Notes: generated from the letters alone by a model not told the origin. A stretch of 64,000 bases of DNA from Acidobacteriota bacterium (GCA_009694745.1 SHUF01000001.1:12914-76913); one strand, 5' to 3'; counted from the first letter of the stretch, positions 7,792 through 17,768 are shown. A program made the numbers and translations.

Positions 7792-10205
7792 TAGTAGAGG
7801 AGGTACTTGGCCCGCATGAGGCGCCAGCGCGCTTCGCCTGCGCTCCAGGTGGCCGCGATGGCGGCGGGGTCGTCGCCGCTTTTGAGGCGCGCGAGGCCGG
7901 AGGCCGAGCCGAACAACCGCAACGAGGAATCGATCTCGAACGTGCCCGGGAACAGGCGCAGGAGTGCAGACGCGATTTCCGCGCCGACGCGCACAGGGCG
8001 CACGGCATTTCTATCGGTGACAACGATGAAGACACCCTGGCAGGCTTCGTTGGCGAACTTGCTGGCGGTGGGCGTGAATTGCTCAGGATAAAACCGCACG
8101 CCGGGAATGGATCGGGCGTTGAGCGCTTCGGCCAGTCGGACGCCATCAATCCACGGCGCGCCTACGTGTTCGAACGGCGTATCGGTGCCGCGCCCCACCG
8201 AGAGGTTCGCGCTCTCGAATGACGCGAGCCCTGTGTACAGCGTGGCAGCGTAGAGATTGCGCATGTTCGGTGACGGGCCAATCCACATCAACCCCGTTTC
8301 ATCGAACCAGGCGTCACGCCGCCAGTGGCGCATCGCGACCACCGTCAGGTCCGCGCCAATCTTCTTTTCCGCATTGAACAGGCGTGCGAGTTCACCCAGG
8401 GTCATGCCGTGCCGTGTGGGCATCGCCGGCAGATACCCAATGAAGCTCACCGCATCGGGATCGAGCACAGGGCCTTCAATGTGCACGCCGCCTATTGGAT
8501 TCGGGCGGTCGAGCACGAAGACTTTAATCTTGCGCGACGCGGCCTCTTCCATCACATACGCCATCGTGGTCATGTAGGTGTAGAAGCGCGCGCCAACATC
8601 CTGCAGGTCGATGACGATGGCGTCGAGACCGGCGAGCATCGCGTCGGTCGGACGCCGTGTGTCACCATACAGCGAGTGAATCGGCAGGTCGGTCCTGGCG
8701 TCGTGCGTGGACGGCACGGCGGCGTCCAGAATTCCGCGGATGCCGTGTTCGGGGCTGAAGAGAGCGGCCAACTTCACGTCCGGGGCGGCGGCCAGCACGT
8801 CGATGGTGGCGGCGCCGTCACGCGCGCGGCCGGTGTGGTTGGTGAGCAGGCCCACGCGCAGGCCCTTGAGCGTGGCGAACCCGCCGGCGCGAAGCACATC
8901 GATACCGTTCTGCACGGGCGCGTACGCGGGCGAGGGCACCGCCGGCGTTTGCGACTCGAATGTGCGACGGGTGCCGGCCAGGCCCGTGGCGGGCAACGCC
9001 GTGAACGCTGAGGCCGCGATCGTCGCCACGCGCGCGCGCAGAGGTGTGACGTCGCCTTTGCCTTCTGGATGCACACGGTTGGACATGAAGACGACGAACA
9101 CCTGGGTGGCCGGGTCCACCCAGAGCGACGTGCCGGTGAAGCCCGTGTGTCCGAAGGAGCCGATGGGCAACAGTTCGCCGCGGTTGGACGAGTAAGACGA
9201 ATCCATGTCCCAGCCGAGTCCGCGCACGCTCGGTAGGCCATCGGGCGTGGAGGGACTGGTCATGCGCGCCACCGCCAACGGCGACAGCACACGGGCGCCG
9301 CCGAGTTCGCCGCCGCGCAGCAGCATGCGTGCGAAGCGTGCGGTGTCGTCTGCGGTGCTGAACAAGCCCGCGTGGCCGGCCACGCCACCCATGCGTCTCG
9401 CAGTCGGGTCGTGCACCGTGCCCCGAAGCATCTCGGCGCCGAGGCCGGCGCAGGGCCATCCGTACTGCGTGCAACTTTCCGTGGGCGCGATGCGGCCGCG
9501 CAGCGCTGCCGGGGGTGTGAACATCGTGTCGTTCATGCCGAGCGGTCGAAACAGGCGCGCGACGACAAATTGTTCAAAGGGCTGCCCGCTGACCCTGGCC
9601 ACGATGTCGGCCAGCAGGAAGAACCCGATGTCGCTGTAGACGAACTGCCGGCCGGGTGCGGCGCCGAGCACTTCGTCGTTCGCGAGTGTCATGGCTGCCC
9701 CGTAGCCGACCCACGGGTCGGCCAGATCCACGTCAGGACGAAGGCCCGACATGTGCGTCAGGAGGTGGCGGACGGTGACACGGTCCTTGCCGTACTTCGC
9801 GAACTCGGGGATGAACTGGGCTACTGGATCGCTCAGGCGGATCTTGCCGTCTTCGACCAGCATCATCACGGCGCTTGTGGTGGCGATAACTTTGGTCAGC
9901 GACGCCATGTCGAACACGGTGTCGAGGGTCATCACCTCGGGCGCGGGCATCAACGCGCGATGGCCGTACGCCTTTCGAAACACCACGGTGTCGCCACGAC
10001 CCACGAGCACCACGGCGCCGGGCAGCTTCTTCTCGGCGATGGCCTCGGCGACGACCTCGTCGATCTTCGCAAGGCGGGCGGCATCCACCCGCGCCCCACC
10101 CGTCGTCTCAGTCGTCGCCACCTGCGCCTGCGGCATCGTCACCGCCGCTGCCCAGGCCACCACTCCACATGCCACCAGCCATGGGAGCCGTTGTTCTCGC
10201 GTCAT
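7791..10205 (-). CDS. Secreted fusion protein: beta-lactamase-fold serine hydrolase (N) + DUF1343/NamZ-like exo-beta-N-acetylmuramidase (C)
   Basis: 804 aa with a signal peptide. N-half motifs: SLTK (SxxK), YSD, GHTGFTG. C-half motifs: VGLLTNHTGRARDG and FSPEHGIRG, typical of DUF1343. Confidence 0.8.
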   Translation of the reverse strand: MTREQRLPWLVACGVVAWAAAVTMPQAQVATTETTGGARVDAARLAKIDEVVAEAIAEKKLPGAVVLVGRGDTVVFRKAYGHRALMPAPEVMTLDTVFDMASLTKVIATTSAVMMLVEDGKIRLSDPVAQFIPEFAKYGKDRVTVRHLLTHMSGLRPDVDLADPWVGYGAAMTLANDEVLGAAPGRQFVYSDIGFFLLADIVARVSGQPFEQFVVARLFRPLGMNDTMFTPPAALRGRIAPTESCTQYGWPCAGLGAEMLRGTVHDPTARRMGGVAGHAGLFSTADDTARFARMLLRGGELGGARVLSPLAVARMTSPSTPDGLPSVRGLGWDMDSSYSSNRGELLPIGSFGHTGFTGTSLWVDPATQVFVVFMSNRVHPEGKGDVTPLRARVATIAASAFTALPATGLAGTRRTFESQTPAVPSPAYAPVQNGIDVLRAGGFATLKGLRVGLLTNHTGRARDGAATIDVLAAAPDVKLAALFSPEHGIRGILDAAVPSTHDARTDLPIHSLYGDTRRPTDAMLAGLDAIVIDLQDVGARFYTYMTTMAYVMEEAASRKIKVFVLDRPNPIGGVHIEGPVLDPDAVSFIGYLPAMPTRHGMTLGELARLFNAEKKIGADLTVVAMRHWRRDAWFDETGLMWIGPSPNMRNLYAATLYTGLASFESANLSVGRGTDTPFEHVGAPWIDGVRLAEALNARSIPGVRFYPEQFTPTASKFANEACQGVFIVVTDRNAVRPVRVGAEIASALLRLFPGTFEIDSSLRLFGSASGLARLKSGDDPAAIAATWSAGEARWRLMRAKYLLY

Positions 10206-10280
10206 GGCGGCAATTATACGGGCGGCAGGCTACCCCAACCGGGTGTTGCCAATGGAATGGATGTATGTAAATATGCTTTT

Positions 10281-10574
10281 ATGCGCACGACGGTGATGTT
10301 CGACGCCGCACTCATGCGACACGCGAAGGCCCGATCCGCAGAGCGCGGGGAGTCGCTGAAGGCCTTGCTCTCGCGGGCCCTGGCGTCAGAATTGGCGCTG
10401 CCCCAGGCGGCGCCGGGCCGCATCCGGGCGCGTTTGCCGCTGTTTGGCGCGGCCAGCGGGCCGGCGGTCGCCGTGACGCATGCGAACCTCGAGCAGGCGC
10501 TTGCTGACGCGGACGCGGAAGGGATCGGTCTGCGTTCGCAGCAGTCCATCGGCCGGGCTCGGGCTCGGCGATGA
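10281..10574 (+). CDS. vapB: Type II antitoxin, VapB-like
   Basis: In-frame ATG at 10281 (MRTTVMFDAALMRHAKARSAERGESLKALL). The upstream part of the listed 9372 ORF is antisense to the 7791-10205 gene. 4-nt ATGA overlap with the PIN toxin gene. Confidence 0.7.
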   Translation: MRTTVMFDAALMRHAKARSAERGESLKALLSRALASELALPQAAPGRIRARLPLFGAASGPAVAVTHANLEQALADADAEGIGLRSQQSIGRARARR

Positions 10575-10993
10575 AGTTGCTCGATGTGAACGTGTGGCTG
10601 GCCGCCGCGTGGGGGCGCCATGTGCATCACCCGATCGCCAAACGCTGGATGGACCAGGAAGATGATGATCTGGCGTTTTGCCGGGTCACGGAGATGGCCT
10701 TTCTGCGCCTGGTCAGCAATCCGGCCGTGACGGGGGTGGATGTCCAGACACGGAAAGAAGGGTGGGACCTGCTGCTGGCGCTCCAGGACGACCCGCGTGT
10801 CAGGTTCCTCGACGAACCGCGAGGCCTGGCGCCGGTGTGGGTCACGCTCTCGAAGCGCAACGACAAGAGCCACCTGCTCTGGACCGACGACTATCTGGCC
10901 GCGTTCGCCCAGTCTGCGCCGGCCACGCTCGTCACACTCGACCGGAAAGTCCGCTCGCGCTACCCGTCGGTGAACGTCCTGGCACTGACATAG
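10571..10993 (+). CDS. vapC: PIN-domain ribonuclease toxin, VapC family
   Basis: 140 aa. MKLLDVNVWLAAAWGRHVHH is typical of one VapC subfamily. Acidic residues at D5 and in WTDDYLAAFA, plus TLD near the C-terminus. Confidence 0.8.
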   Translation: MKLLDVNVWLAAAWGRHVHHPIAKRWMDQEDDDLAFCRVTEMAFLRLVSNPAVTGVDVQTRKEGWDLLLALQDDPRVRFLDEPRGLAPVWVTLSKRNDKSHLLWTDDYLAAFAQSAPATLVTLDRKVRSRYPSVNVLALT

Positions 10994-11032
10994 CCGATTC
11001 CTGCTACTCTTCCTGTGGAGGCTTCACGACAC

Positions 11033-11995
11033 ATGACGACTGACACACTTCGCCGCCGGGTCCTTGTGCCTGTGGCCGGCCTGCTCGGCCTTGCGGTGAC
11101 GTTCGGGGCGTTCACGACGCCCGGACTGACGGCGACGAGCCAGGAAGAAAAAATCCTCTATCTCACCGTCGTCGACAAAGACGGCAAGTCGGTGATGGAC
11201 CTGACGACACCGGAAGTGCTCATTCGCGAAGACAACCAAGACCGCGAAGTGGTGAGCGTGAAGCGGGCGACGGCACCGATGGCCATTGTGCTTCTGGCGG
11301 ACACAACGAAAAGTGCCGGCGAGGGCTCGATGATGAGCGGCAGGGGCGGGGGCGCCATCGGCCTCGGCGCGTTCTCGCCTGAACTCATCCGGGACATTCG
11401 CAAAGCGATCGGCGGGTTCGTGAAAGACATGGCGGCTGCCAGTCCTGAAACGCAGATGGAATTGATGGAGTTTGGCCAGGCGGCGATCACCGTCACGAAG
11501 ATGACGTCCAACGTGGCGGACCTCGACAAGGGCGTGGCGCGGCTGTTCCCGAAGCCCGGGGCGGCTTCCGTGCTGCTCGAGGCGATTATCGAAGCCAGCA
11601 AGTCGCTGTTGAAAACCAAGACGCCTCGCCGCAACATCGTCGCCCTGAATATTGAACCCGGCGACGAGCAGAGCCGCCAGAACATCCGCCAGTTGCATGA
11701 AGAACTGTCGAAGTCACACGCCAACCTGTGGGCGGTCTCGTTGCAGCCGGGTGCGAATCAGAACGCGATGCGCGGCCTGGTGCTCGAGCAGTTGACCGCC
11801 AACACCGGAGGCCGGCGCGAATTCATCCACGCCGAGTCGGCGCTCGAAACCATGATGAAGAACATTGTGGACAACCTGAACCACCAGTACGAGGTGACCT
11901 ACAAGCGGCCCGGCGGCGGCAAGGCACAGGGCGTGCTCGTGGGTGTCCGGCGTGACGGCCTGAAGCTCTACGCCAACCGGATCCCACCGCAGTAA
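11033..11995 (+). CDS. Secreted VWA-like protein, acidobacterial VWFA family (TIGR03436-like)
   Basis: ATG at 11033 is preceded by GGAGG; a GTG at 11015 is an alternative start. Signal peptide. N-terminal module ILYLTVVDKDGKSVMDLTTPEVLIRED, then VLLADTTKS (DxTxS, MIDAS-like). Confidence 0.7.
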   Translation: MTTDTLRRRVLVPVAGLLGLAVTFGAFTTPGLTATSQEEKILYLTVVDKDGKSVMDLTTPEVLIREDNQDREVVSVKRATAPMAIVLLADTTKSAGEGSMMSGRGGGAIGLGAFSPELIRDIRKAIGGFVKDMAAASPETQMELMEFGQAAITVTKMTSNVADLDKGVARLFPKPGAASVLLEAIIEASKSLLKTKTPRRNIVALNIEPGDEQSRQNIRQLHEELSKSHANLWAVSLQPGANQNAMRGLVLEQLTANTGGRREFIHAESALETMMKNIVDNLNHQYEVTYKRPGGGKAQGVLVGVRRDGLKLYANRIPPQ

Positions 11996-12007
11996 CCGGA
12001 CGCCTCG

Positions 12008-14128
12008 ATGATTCGTCGTGGGGCGTCCGTGGGCCTGGTGGCCCTCGTTGTGGCCGTCGGCACGGCCTGGCTGCTGAACCGTGCGCCGGCATACGACCTG
12101 GGCCAGCAGGCCGACCAGAACATTCTGATCATCACCATCGACACCCTGCGCGCCGACGCGCTGGGGTCGTATGGTGGCGGGGCGACCACCCCACACCTCG
12201 ACGCACTGGCGTCACACGGCGCGCGCTTCACGTTCGCACACGCCCACGCGGTCGTGACGCTCCCCTCCCACACCTCCATTCTCACCGGGCAACTGCCGTA
12301 CGAACACGGCATGCGCGACAACGCCGGCTTTCGCGTAAAAGACGGCACGGCCACACTCGCCACCCGCCTGAAGCCTCTGGGTTTTGCCACTGGCGCATTC
12401 GTCGGAGGCTTTCCGCTCACCAAGCGGTTCGGCCTGTCGCCGGGGTTTGACGTGTACGACGATCAAATCAGCGAGATGAAAAGCGACGTCACGTTCACGC
12501 TGCCCGAACGGCGGGCCGATGAAGTGGTGACGCGTGCGGTGGATTGGGTCCGTCGCACTCCAGGGAAGTTCTTCGGGTGGGTGCACGTCTTCGACCCACA
12601 CTCGCCGTACAAGCCGCCCGCCGAGTTCGCCGGCAAGTCGCCGCGGCCCTACGACGACGAAGTGTCGTGGGTGGATCACGCACTCGAACCGCTGCTGACG
12701 CACCTGGCCACGCTGTCGCGGCCCACCACGGTAATCGTCACGTCCGACCACGGTGAGAGTCTGGGCGAACATGGTGAAGAAACCCACGGCATGTTCGCGT
12801 ACGAGGCGACCTTGCGCGTGCCCCTGATTGTGGCGACCATCCAGCCGGCCGGCGCCACCGCGAAGACACGGGGGACGACGATCGACACCCCGGCCCGCCA
12901 CATCGACATTGCGCCCACCGTACTCGACGCCGTCGGCGTACCCGTGGACCCGAAATGGCTCGGCACATCGTTGCGCCCTCTCATCGCCGGTGGAAACGGT
13001 CCCGATCGGCCGAGCTACTTCGAATCCATGAGCTTCAACCTCGTGCGCGGCTGGGCGCCGCTCCGGGGCGTGCTGCAGGAACGCACGAAATACATCGACC
13101 AGCCCATCCCGGAAATCTACGACCTCGCCGCGGACCCAGGCGAAGTCAGCAACCTGGCATCCCGCCAACCCGAACGACTTCAGGTGCTGACGAATCTGCT
13201 CCGCACGTTCAGCACGGCAGCGCCCGATCGACCGGGACAGATTTCAGCCTCGGAGCGGGAAGCCCTGCGGTCGCTGAGTTACATCGCAGGCAGCGCACCC
13301 GAACGCCACGTCTTCACCGAGGCCGACGACCTCAAAAACCTGGTCACGATTGATCGCGACCTGCATCGCGCCTCCGAGTTGTTTCGCGAGAATCGCTCGG
13401 CTGAAGGCCTGCAAATGCTTCGCAGCGTCATCTCCCGTCGTCCCGACACAGCCGATGCGTACATTTCGCTGGCGTATTCGGAGTGGGAGTCGGGCCAATG
13501 GCCGGCAGCGATCGCCACGCTCGAGGCGGGCCTGGCGGCCGGCGCCCCTGACCGTGACCTTCGCATCAGGCTGGGCATCTACCTAGCCGAGAGTGGCACC
13601 AACCTGCCGAAGGCGATTGCCCTGCTGGAGTCCCTGCCCGACACCGACGTGGAAGGCCTGAATGCCCTGGGCCTGGCGTATGGCCGCTCTGGGCGCTTTC
13701 GGGATGCGATTGCCGTGTTCCAGAAGATCCTCACGCTCGATGCCACGAGCGCCCTCGCCCACCAGAACATTGCGACGATGCTGCTGGAGGAGGCGGGGAG
13801 GCCCGGCGGTGACCGTGGCGCGAAACTACGCGAAGCGGAACAGTTCGCGCGACGCGCCGTGGACCTCGACTCGTCACTGGCCAAAGGCTTCACCACACTG
13901 GGAGTCATCCTGGCCCAGACCAACAGGAAGCCTGACGCGATTGATAGTTGGAAACGCGCGGTGCAGTTGGATCCGAACGAGTTCGACGCGCTCTACAACC
14001 TGATCGTGTTGCTCGCCGACACGGGCCGCATCGGCGAAGCGCGCACCTACGGTGAGCTGTACGTCAGGACGACTCCGCCGCAACTAGCCGGCGATGTGGA
14101 AGTCATCCGGCAACTCCTGAGGCGATGA
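12008..14128 (+). CDS. Sulfatase/alkaline-phosphatase superfamily protein with C-terminal TPR repeats
   Basis: 706 aa. NILIITIDTLRADALGSYGG...TPHLDALASHGARF...LPSHTSILTG is typical of the sulfatase fold. The C-terminal ~270 aa has repeated TPR-like A/L/Y patterns. Confidence 0.75.
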   Translation: MIRRGASVGLVALVVAVGTAWLLNRAPAYDLGQQADQNILIITIDTLRADALGSYGGGATTPHLDALASHGARFTFAHAHAVVTLPSHTSILTGQLPYEHGMRDNAGFRVKDGTATLATRLKPLGFATGAFVGGFPLTKRFGLSPGFDVYDDQISEMKSDVTFTLPERRADEVVTRAVDWVRRTPGKFFGWVHVFDPHSPYKPPAEFAGKSPRPYDDEVSWVDHALEPLLTHLATLSRPTTVIVTSDHGESLGEHGEETHGMFAYEATLRVPLIVATIQPAGATAKTRGTTIDTPARHIDIAPTVLDAVGVPVDPKWLGTSLRPLIAGGNGPDRPSYFESMSFNLVRGWAPLRGVLQERTKYIDQPIPEIYDLAADPGEVSNLASRQPERLQVLTNLLRTFSTAAPDRPGQISASEREALRSLSYIAGSAPERHVFTEADDLKNLVTIDRDLHRASELFRENRSAEGLQMLRSVISRRPDTADAYISLAYSEWESGQWPAAIATLEAGLAAGAPDRDLRIRLGIYLAESGTNLPKAIALLESLPDTDVEGLNALGLAYGRSGRFRDAIAVFQKILTLDATSALAHQNIATMLLEEAGRPGGDRGAKLREAEQFARRAVDLDSSLAKGFTTLGVILAQTNRKPDAIDSWKRAVQLDPNEFDALYNLIVLLADTGRIGEARTYGELYVRTTPPQLAGDVEVIRQLLRR

Positions 14129-14252
14129 CACGTTCGGTCGGGATCGTCGTCTATTGCGAACTCGTGCTGGGACGCCTGGCCGAAACGCTTGCGACCGCCG
14201 TGCGCGCGAAGGTCCAGGGGCGCTAGGCGCGTTTGTCGTTGCGCGTAGTGGA

Positions 14253-14317
14253 CTCGGACTTGAGAACCAGCCCGAGCTACGTTCGTACGTAGCTCGGCCT
14301 GGTTTGTAAGGCCGAGG
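14253..14317. repeat. REP-like palindromic element, locus A (two inverted units)
   Basis: CTCGGACTTGAGAACCAGCCCGAGCTACGT and, inverted, TACGTAGCTCGGCCTGGTTTGTAAGGCCGAGG. Same unit as at 29704, 56319 and 56813. Confidence 0.85.
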
Positions 14318-14326
14318 CGTCCTCGT

Positions 14327-16438
14327 TCAGCGCTTTCTGACTGTCGCAATCGCTGCGCCGGCCTGTTGACCCCCGACGCGAACGTTGGCGCGCAGGCGGT
14401 AGACACCCGGCTCGAGGTCGTCGATCGGGTATTCAACGACCATACGAAGGACGCCGGGCGAAAACTGCGGCACCACTTCGCGCTCATCGACGGGATCGGT
14501 CTCTCCGGCGCGCGTGAGAATCAGCTCCACTTGGACGTCGTTCTTCAGGGCGTCGAGCACGCCTGGCGCGCCGCCGGCGGGCGCGTAGAGTTCCAACAGC
14601 GCCTGAAGGCTTGTGGCCGCCGACGGCAGTTCTTCAAGCGCCATGCCGTGCGGCTGCCCCTTGGCGTCCACCCACGCGATGATCAAATCGCTGGCGGCAA
14701 ACGGTCCCATAGAGCTGAGCTCGGCCTCGACCGGAACCTCCAGCGCGCCCAGAGCGCCGGTGGCGTCGGCGACGGCCAGTCGCAAGTGATACGAGCCGGG
14801 CTCTGCGGGCAGCGACACGGACAAGGTGAAGGGCTCGCCGGCTGCGGGGACGGCGATCTCGCGGCGGCCGGTGGTGATCGCGCCCAGCGCGGCGCCGTCC
14901 TTCACCAAGCCGAACATCGCCACCAATGGCCCCCTCACGGTGGCCGGTATTTCCGCGTTCACGCTGAGATCAAGGGAGGACGATGACGACCTGCGTAGAG
15001 CGGTGGCCACCCTCAGCGGCACCGCGCCGTGCGACTGGCCCTGCCCGATGGCCGCCTTGAGCTTGTCCTCAACGGTGGGTTCGGCCGTGTCGAACGGCGA
15101 CAACGGTGGCGCAACGCCGTGCCGATTCGCGAGCACGGTGACGCCCTTGCGCCCCACTTTGGCCTCGACGCTCGTGATACGAGACGGATCCACGTCGGGA
15201 GGCGGCTCGATGCCCAGGCGATAGACGGCGGCACTGGCGTGTCGTACGCGGGCGAAGAACGTGTCGGGCTGGCCGATGATCCGGTAGAACTGCCCGCCGG
15301 CCATTTCGGCGGCCAGTTGCCCTCCGGACAGGAACATCTTGTTGTCTTCGATCCGGCGCTGCGGCGCACCGGTGTCGGTCTGCGCCTGCGCCCCAGGCGC
15401 CCCCTGATGGCGCCCTGTGTCAGTGAGGTTGAGGTCCCGCTCTTCCATCAGCACACTCACCTGAACGCCTGCCGCAGCGGCCGCACGGGCCACAGGCGTG
15501 AGCTCGTCGGCCCTGCGGCCGACGGCGAGCCCGTCCGACAGCAGCACCAGATGCTTCAGCCCTGTCGCCGCGCGCATCGCATCGATCACCGAGACGTACG
15601 CGGACACCTGTCGCCGTGTGGTCTGACGGGTGCGGGACGCGATGGTGCGCGCCTGCCGGTTGACCTGTCCGGCGCAGTTATTGGTGGCGATGACCACCTC
15701 GAGCACCTGCGCATCCACTGTGGACCGATCCCCGTTGAAACATGCCCGGGCAATCGCCACTTTGAGTTCCTCGAGATTCCCATCGTCGATCTCGATGGCC
15801 TGGTGAACACCCACCGAACCGTCTGCGTCAGACTCTGCGGTCTCGGCGGCTGGAGCGCCGACCGGAGTCAGCGACTGCGGATTGCCCCCCTCGCCCGCCG
15901 CCTTGGCCAGCACGGCCCGGACACGCAGCCGGTCGGCCGTCGGATTGACGGCGGCTGACCCGCTGGTCGTGGCGATGCCCACAAGGTCGACGGCCGGCAG
16001 AGCGTCCACGAACTTCTTTGCCGCCTGAAACAGCGCCTGGCCGCGCATCGGCTCAAACGACAAGTCATCGATCAGCAGCACGAACACACGGTCTTCGCCA
16101 GTCTTGATGGCCGCCGCCACAACGCCCTGGTTGGTGACCGTCTGGCGGCCCTGCCGGACGCCTTCGGCGGCCTCAGCCAGTTTGGGCACGACGGCGACGG
16201 CGGTCGGGGCCAACTCCCCGGCTGCCTGCACGAAGCTCAGCACCTTGACAGGGCGCACCTTGCCGTTGAGTTTCACCTCAAAATCACCGGCCGCGAGGCC
16301 GGGCACGGGTTTGCCGTCCCGGTCGAGAACGGACACATCCACGGTCACAAGCGTGACCGCGCTCCGGAACGTCGGCCGTTGCTGCGACTGAGGCGACAAC
16401 GCCGTCACAAACGTCAGCGCCAAATAGAGATACCGCAT
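14327..16438 (-). CDS. Secreted VWA domain protein, acidobacterial VWFA family (TIGR03436-like), long form
   Basis: 703 aa with a signal peptide. Family N-terminal module TFRSAVTLVTVDVSVLDRDGKPVPGLAAGDFEVKLNGK. VWA-like core around VFVLLIDDLSFEP. Confidence 0.75.
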   Translation of the reverse strand: MRYLYLALTFVTALSPQSQQRPTFRSAVTLVTVDVSVLDRDGKPVPGLAAGDFEVKLNGKVRPVKVLSFVQAAGELAPTAVAVVPKLAEAAEGVRQGRQTVTNQGVVAAAIKTGEDRVFVLLIDDLSFEPMRGQALFQAAKKFVDALPAVDLVGIATTSGSAAVNPTADRLRVRAVLAKAAGEGGNPQSLTPVGAPAAETAESDADGSVGVHQAIEIDDGNLEELKVAIARACFNGDRSTVDAQVLEVVIATNNCAGQVNRQARTIASRTRQTTRRQVSAYVSVIDAMRAATGLKHLVLLSDGLAVGRRADELTPVARAAAAAGVQVSVLMEERDLNLTDTGRHQGAPGAQAQTDTGAPQRRIEDNKMFLSGGQLAAEMAGGQFYRIIGQPDTFFARVRHASAAVYRLGIEPPPDVDPSRITSVEAKVGRKGVTVLANRHGVAPPLSPFDTAEPTVEDKLKAAIGQGQSHGAVPLRVATALRRSSSSSLDLSVNAEIPATVRGPLVAMFGLVKDGAALGAITTGRREIAVPAAGEPFTLSVSLPAEPGSYHLRLAVADATGALGALEVPVEAELSSMGPFAASDLIIAWVDAKGQPHGMALEELPSAATSLQALLELYAPAGGAPGVLDALKNDVQVELILTRAGETDPVDEREVVPQFSPGVLRMVVEYPIDDLEPGVYRLRANVRVGGQQAGAAIATVRKR

Positions 16439-16479
16439 GGGACCATCCTACCCCTAAGGCGGGTGTAGACTCACGGTCC

Positions 16480-17766
16480 ATGCGCCATTACCGCAGCCTC
16501 GCCTGTGTCGTTCTCGGCCTCGTCGCCCTGTGGGGCCATGGCGTGGCCACCCAGTCGTTTCCGCAGACCCAGGCGCCGTCTCAGCCTCAGGCCACCTTCC
16601 GCACCACCACCTCGCTGGTCGAAGTGGATGTGGTCATCCACGACAAGAAGGGCGACTTCGTCGGTGGGTTGACCGCCGCTGACCTGCAACTGTTTGAAGA
16701 CGGCAAGGCCCAGAAGATCGAACAGTTCTACATGGTCTCTCACGAGCGGGGCGGGCAGCTCATCCCGGTGACCGGCGACCGGGACGTGGCGCCTGAAGAC
16801 CGCGCGCGGCGCATCTTCGTGGTGATGTTTGACGAGGGCCATCTGGCCCACGACTCCCTGATGCGCAGCAAGGCCGGCGTGGCCACGTTCATCAAAGAGA
16901 ACATCGGGCCGGGCGATTTTGGCGGAATCTTCCTGAACGGCAAGATGCACAACGGACGCTTGACGACGAGTCCGGCCGAACTGCTGGCCGGCGTCAGCAA
17001 CGTGACGGTGGGCTTCGAGAACCGGCAGTCGATCCTCTCGACGTTCCGCGAGTTCCCCAGGATCCCGAGCGAGATCGACGCCATGCGTATCTCGGAAGGG
17101 TCGATTGAGGTGGCGCGGCGCCTGGGCGCTGCCGTCTGCCAGGAGGACCCGCAGTCGTGCGCGCTTAACGGCGGCCTGAACCAGGTGGAGAATCTCATCC
17201 AGCAGAAGTCGCGCCTGTACGTCCGCCAGGCGCGCATCCTGACATATACGACGCTGCAGAACCTGCGGTATGTCGTCAGCCGCCTCAGTCGCATCCCAGG
17301 CCGGAAGACGTTGATCTTCCTCTCAGAGGGGTTTTTCGTTGAGGAATCGCGCGACGACCTGCTGGCCGTCGGCGCAGACGCGGCGCGCGGCGGGACGACG
17401 ATCTACTCAATCGACGGCCGCGGCCTGATTGGCGCGCCCTCGGCGACGTCGGACGCGCTGCGCACGGAAGCCGGCCGGTCTACGTCCTTTGATAGCGGCG
17501 AGGTGGCACCGTTCCTGCTGACGTCGGCCACGGGCGGCCTGCGCATCCAGAACATCGACTTCATCGGCCGCGCGTTCAACATCGTGGTGCGCGACACCAG
17601 CACCTACTACGTGATTGGGTATCGTCCCGACAACGCCGTGATGGACGGCAAGTTCCGCAAGATTGAAGTGAAGGCAAACGTATCGGGCGTGAATGTCCGC
17701 TCGCGCAAGGGTTATGCCGCCGTGGCGCTGCCGCCGATGCAGGCCGTGCGCGAAGGTTGGAAGTAA
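16480..17766 (+). CDS. Secreted VWA domain protein, acidobacterial VWFA family (TIGR03436-like)
   Basis: 428 aa with a signal peptide. N-terminal module TFRTTTSLVEVDVVIHDKKGDFVGGLTAADLQLFEDGK. Core around IFVVMFDEGH and TLIFLSEGF. Confidence 0.75.
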   Translation: MRHYRSLACVVLGLVALWGHGVATQSFPQTQAPSQPQATFRTTTSLVEVDVVIHDKKGDFVGGLTAADLQLFEDGKAQKIEQFYMVSHERGGQLIPVTGDRDVAPEDRARRIFVVMFDEGHLAHDSLMRSKAGVATFIKENIGPGDFGGIFLNGKMHNGRLTTSPAELLAGVSNVTVGFENRQSILSTFREFPRIPSEIDAMRISEGSIEVARRLGAAVCQEDPQSCALNGGLNQVENLIQQKSRLYVRQARILTYTTLQNLRYVVSRLSRIPGRKTLIFLSEGFFVEESRDDLLAVGADAARGGTTIYSIDGRGLIGAPSATSDALRTEAGRSTSFDSGEVAPFLLTSATGGLRIQNIDFIGRAFNIVVRDTSTYYVIGYRPDNAVMDGKFRKIEVKANVSGVNVRSRKGYAAVALPPMQAVREGWK

Positions 17767-17768
17767 CC

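Noticed and set aside
8325-10280. Long ORFs antisense to or overlapping the 7791-10205 gene (e.g. 8325-9011, 8818-9474, and the upstream 900 nt of 9372-10574). Similar shadow ORFs run opposite most large genes (23471-24808, 27772-29448, 44071-46230, 57970-59895, 35237-36004).
   Set aside because: High-GC genomes generate long stop-free antisense frames. Their translations are Arg/Ala/Gly/Pro-rich low-complexity strings without motifs, while the opposite strand carries clear family signatures.
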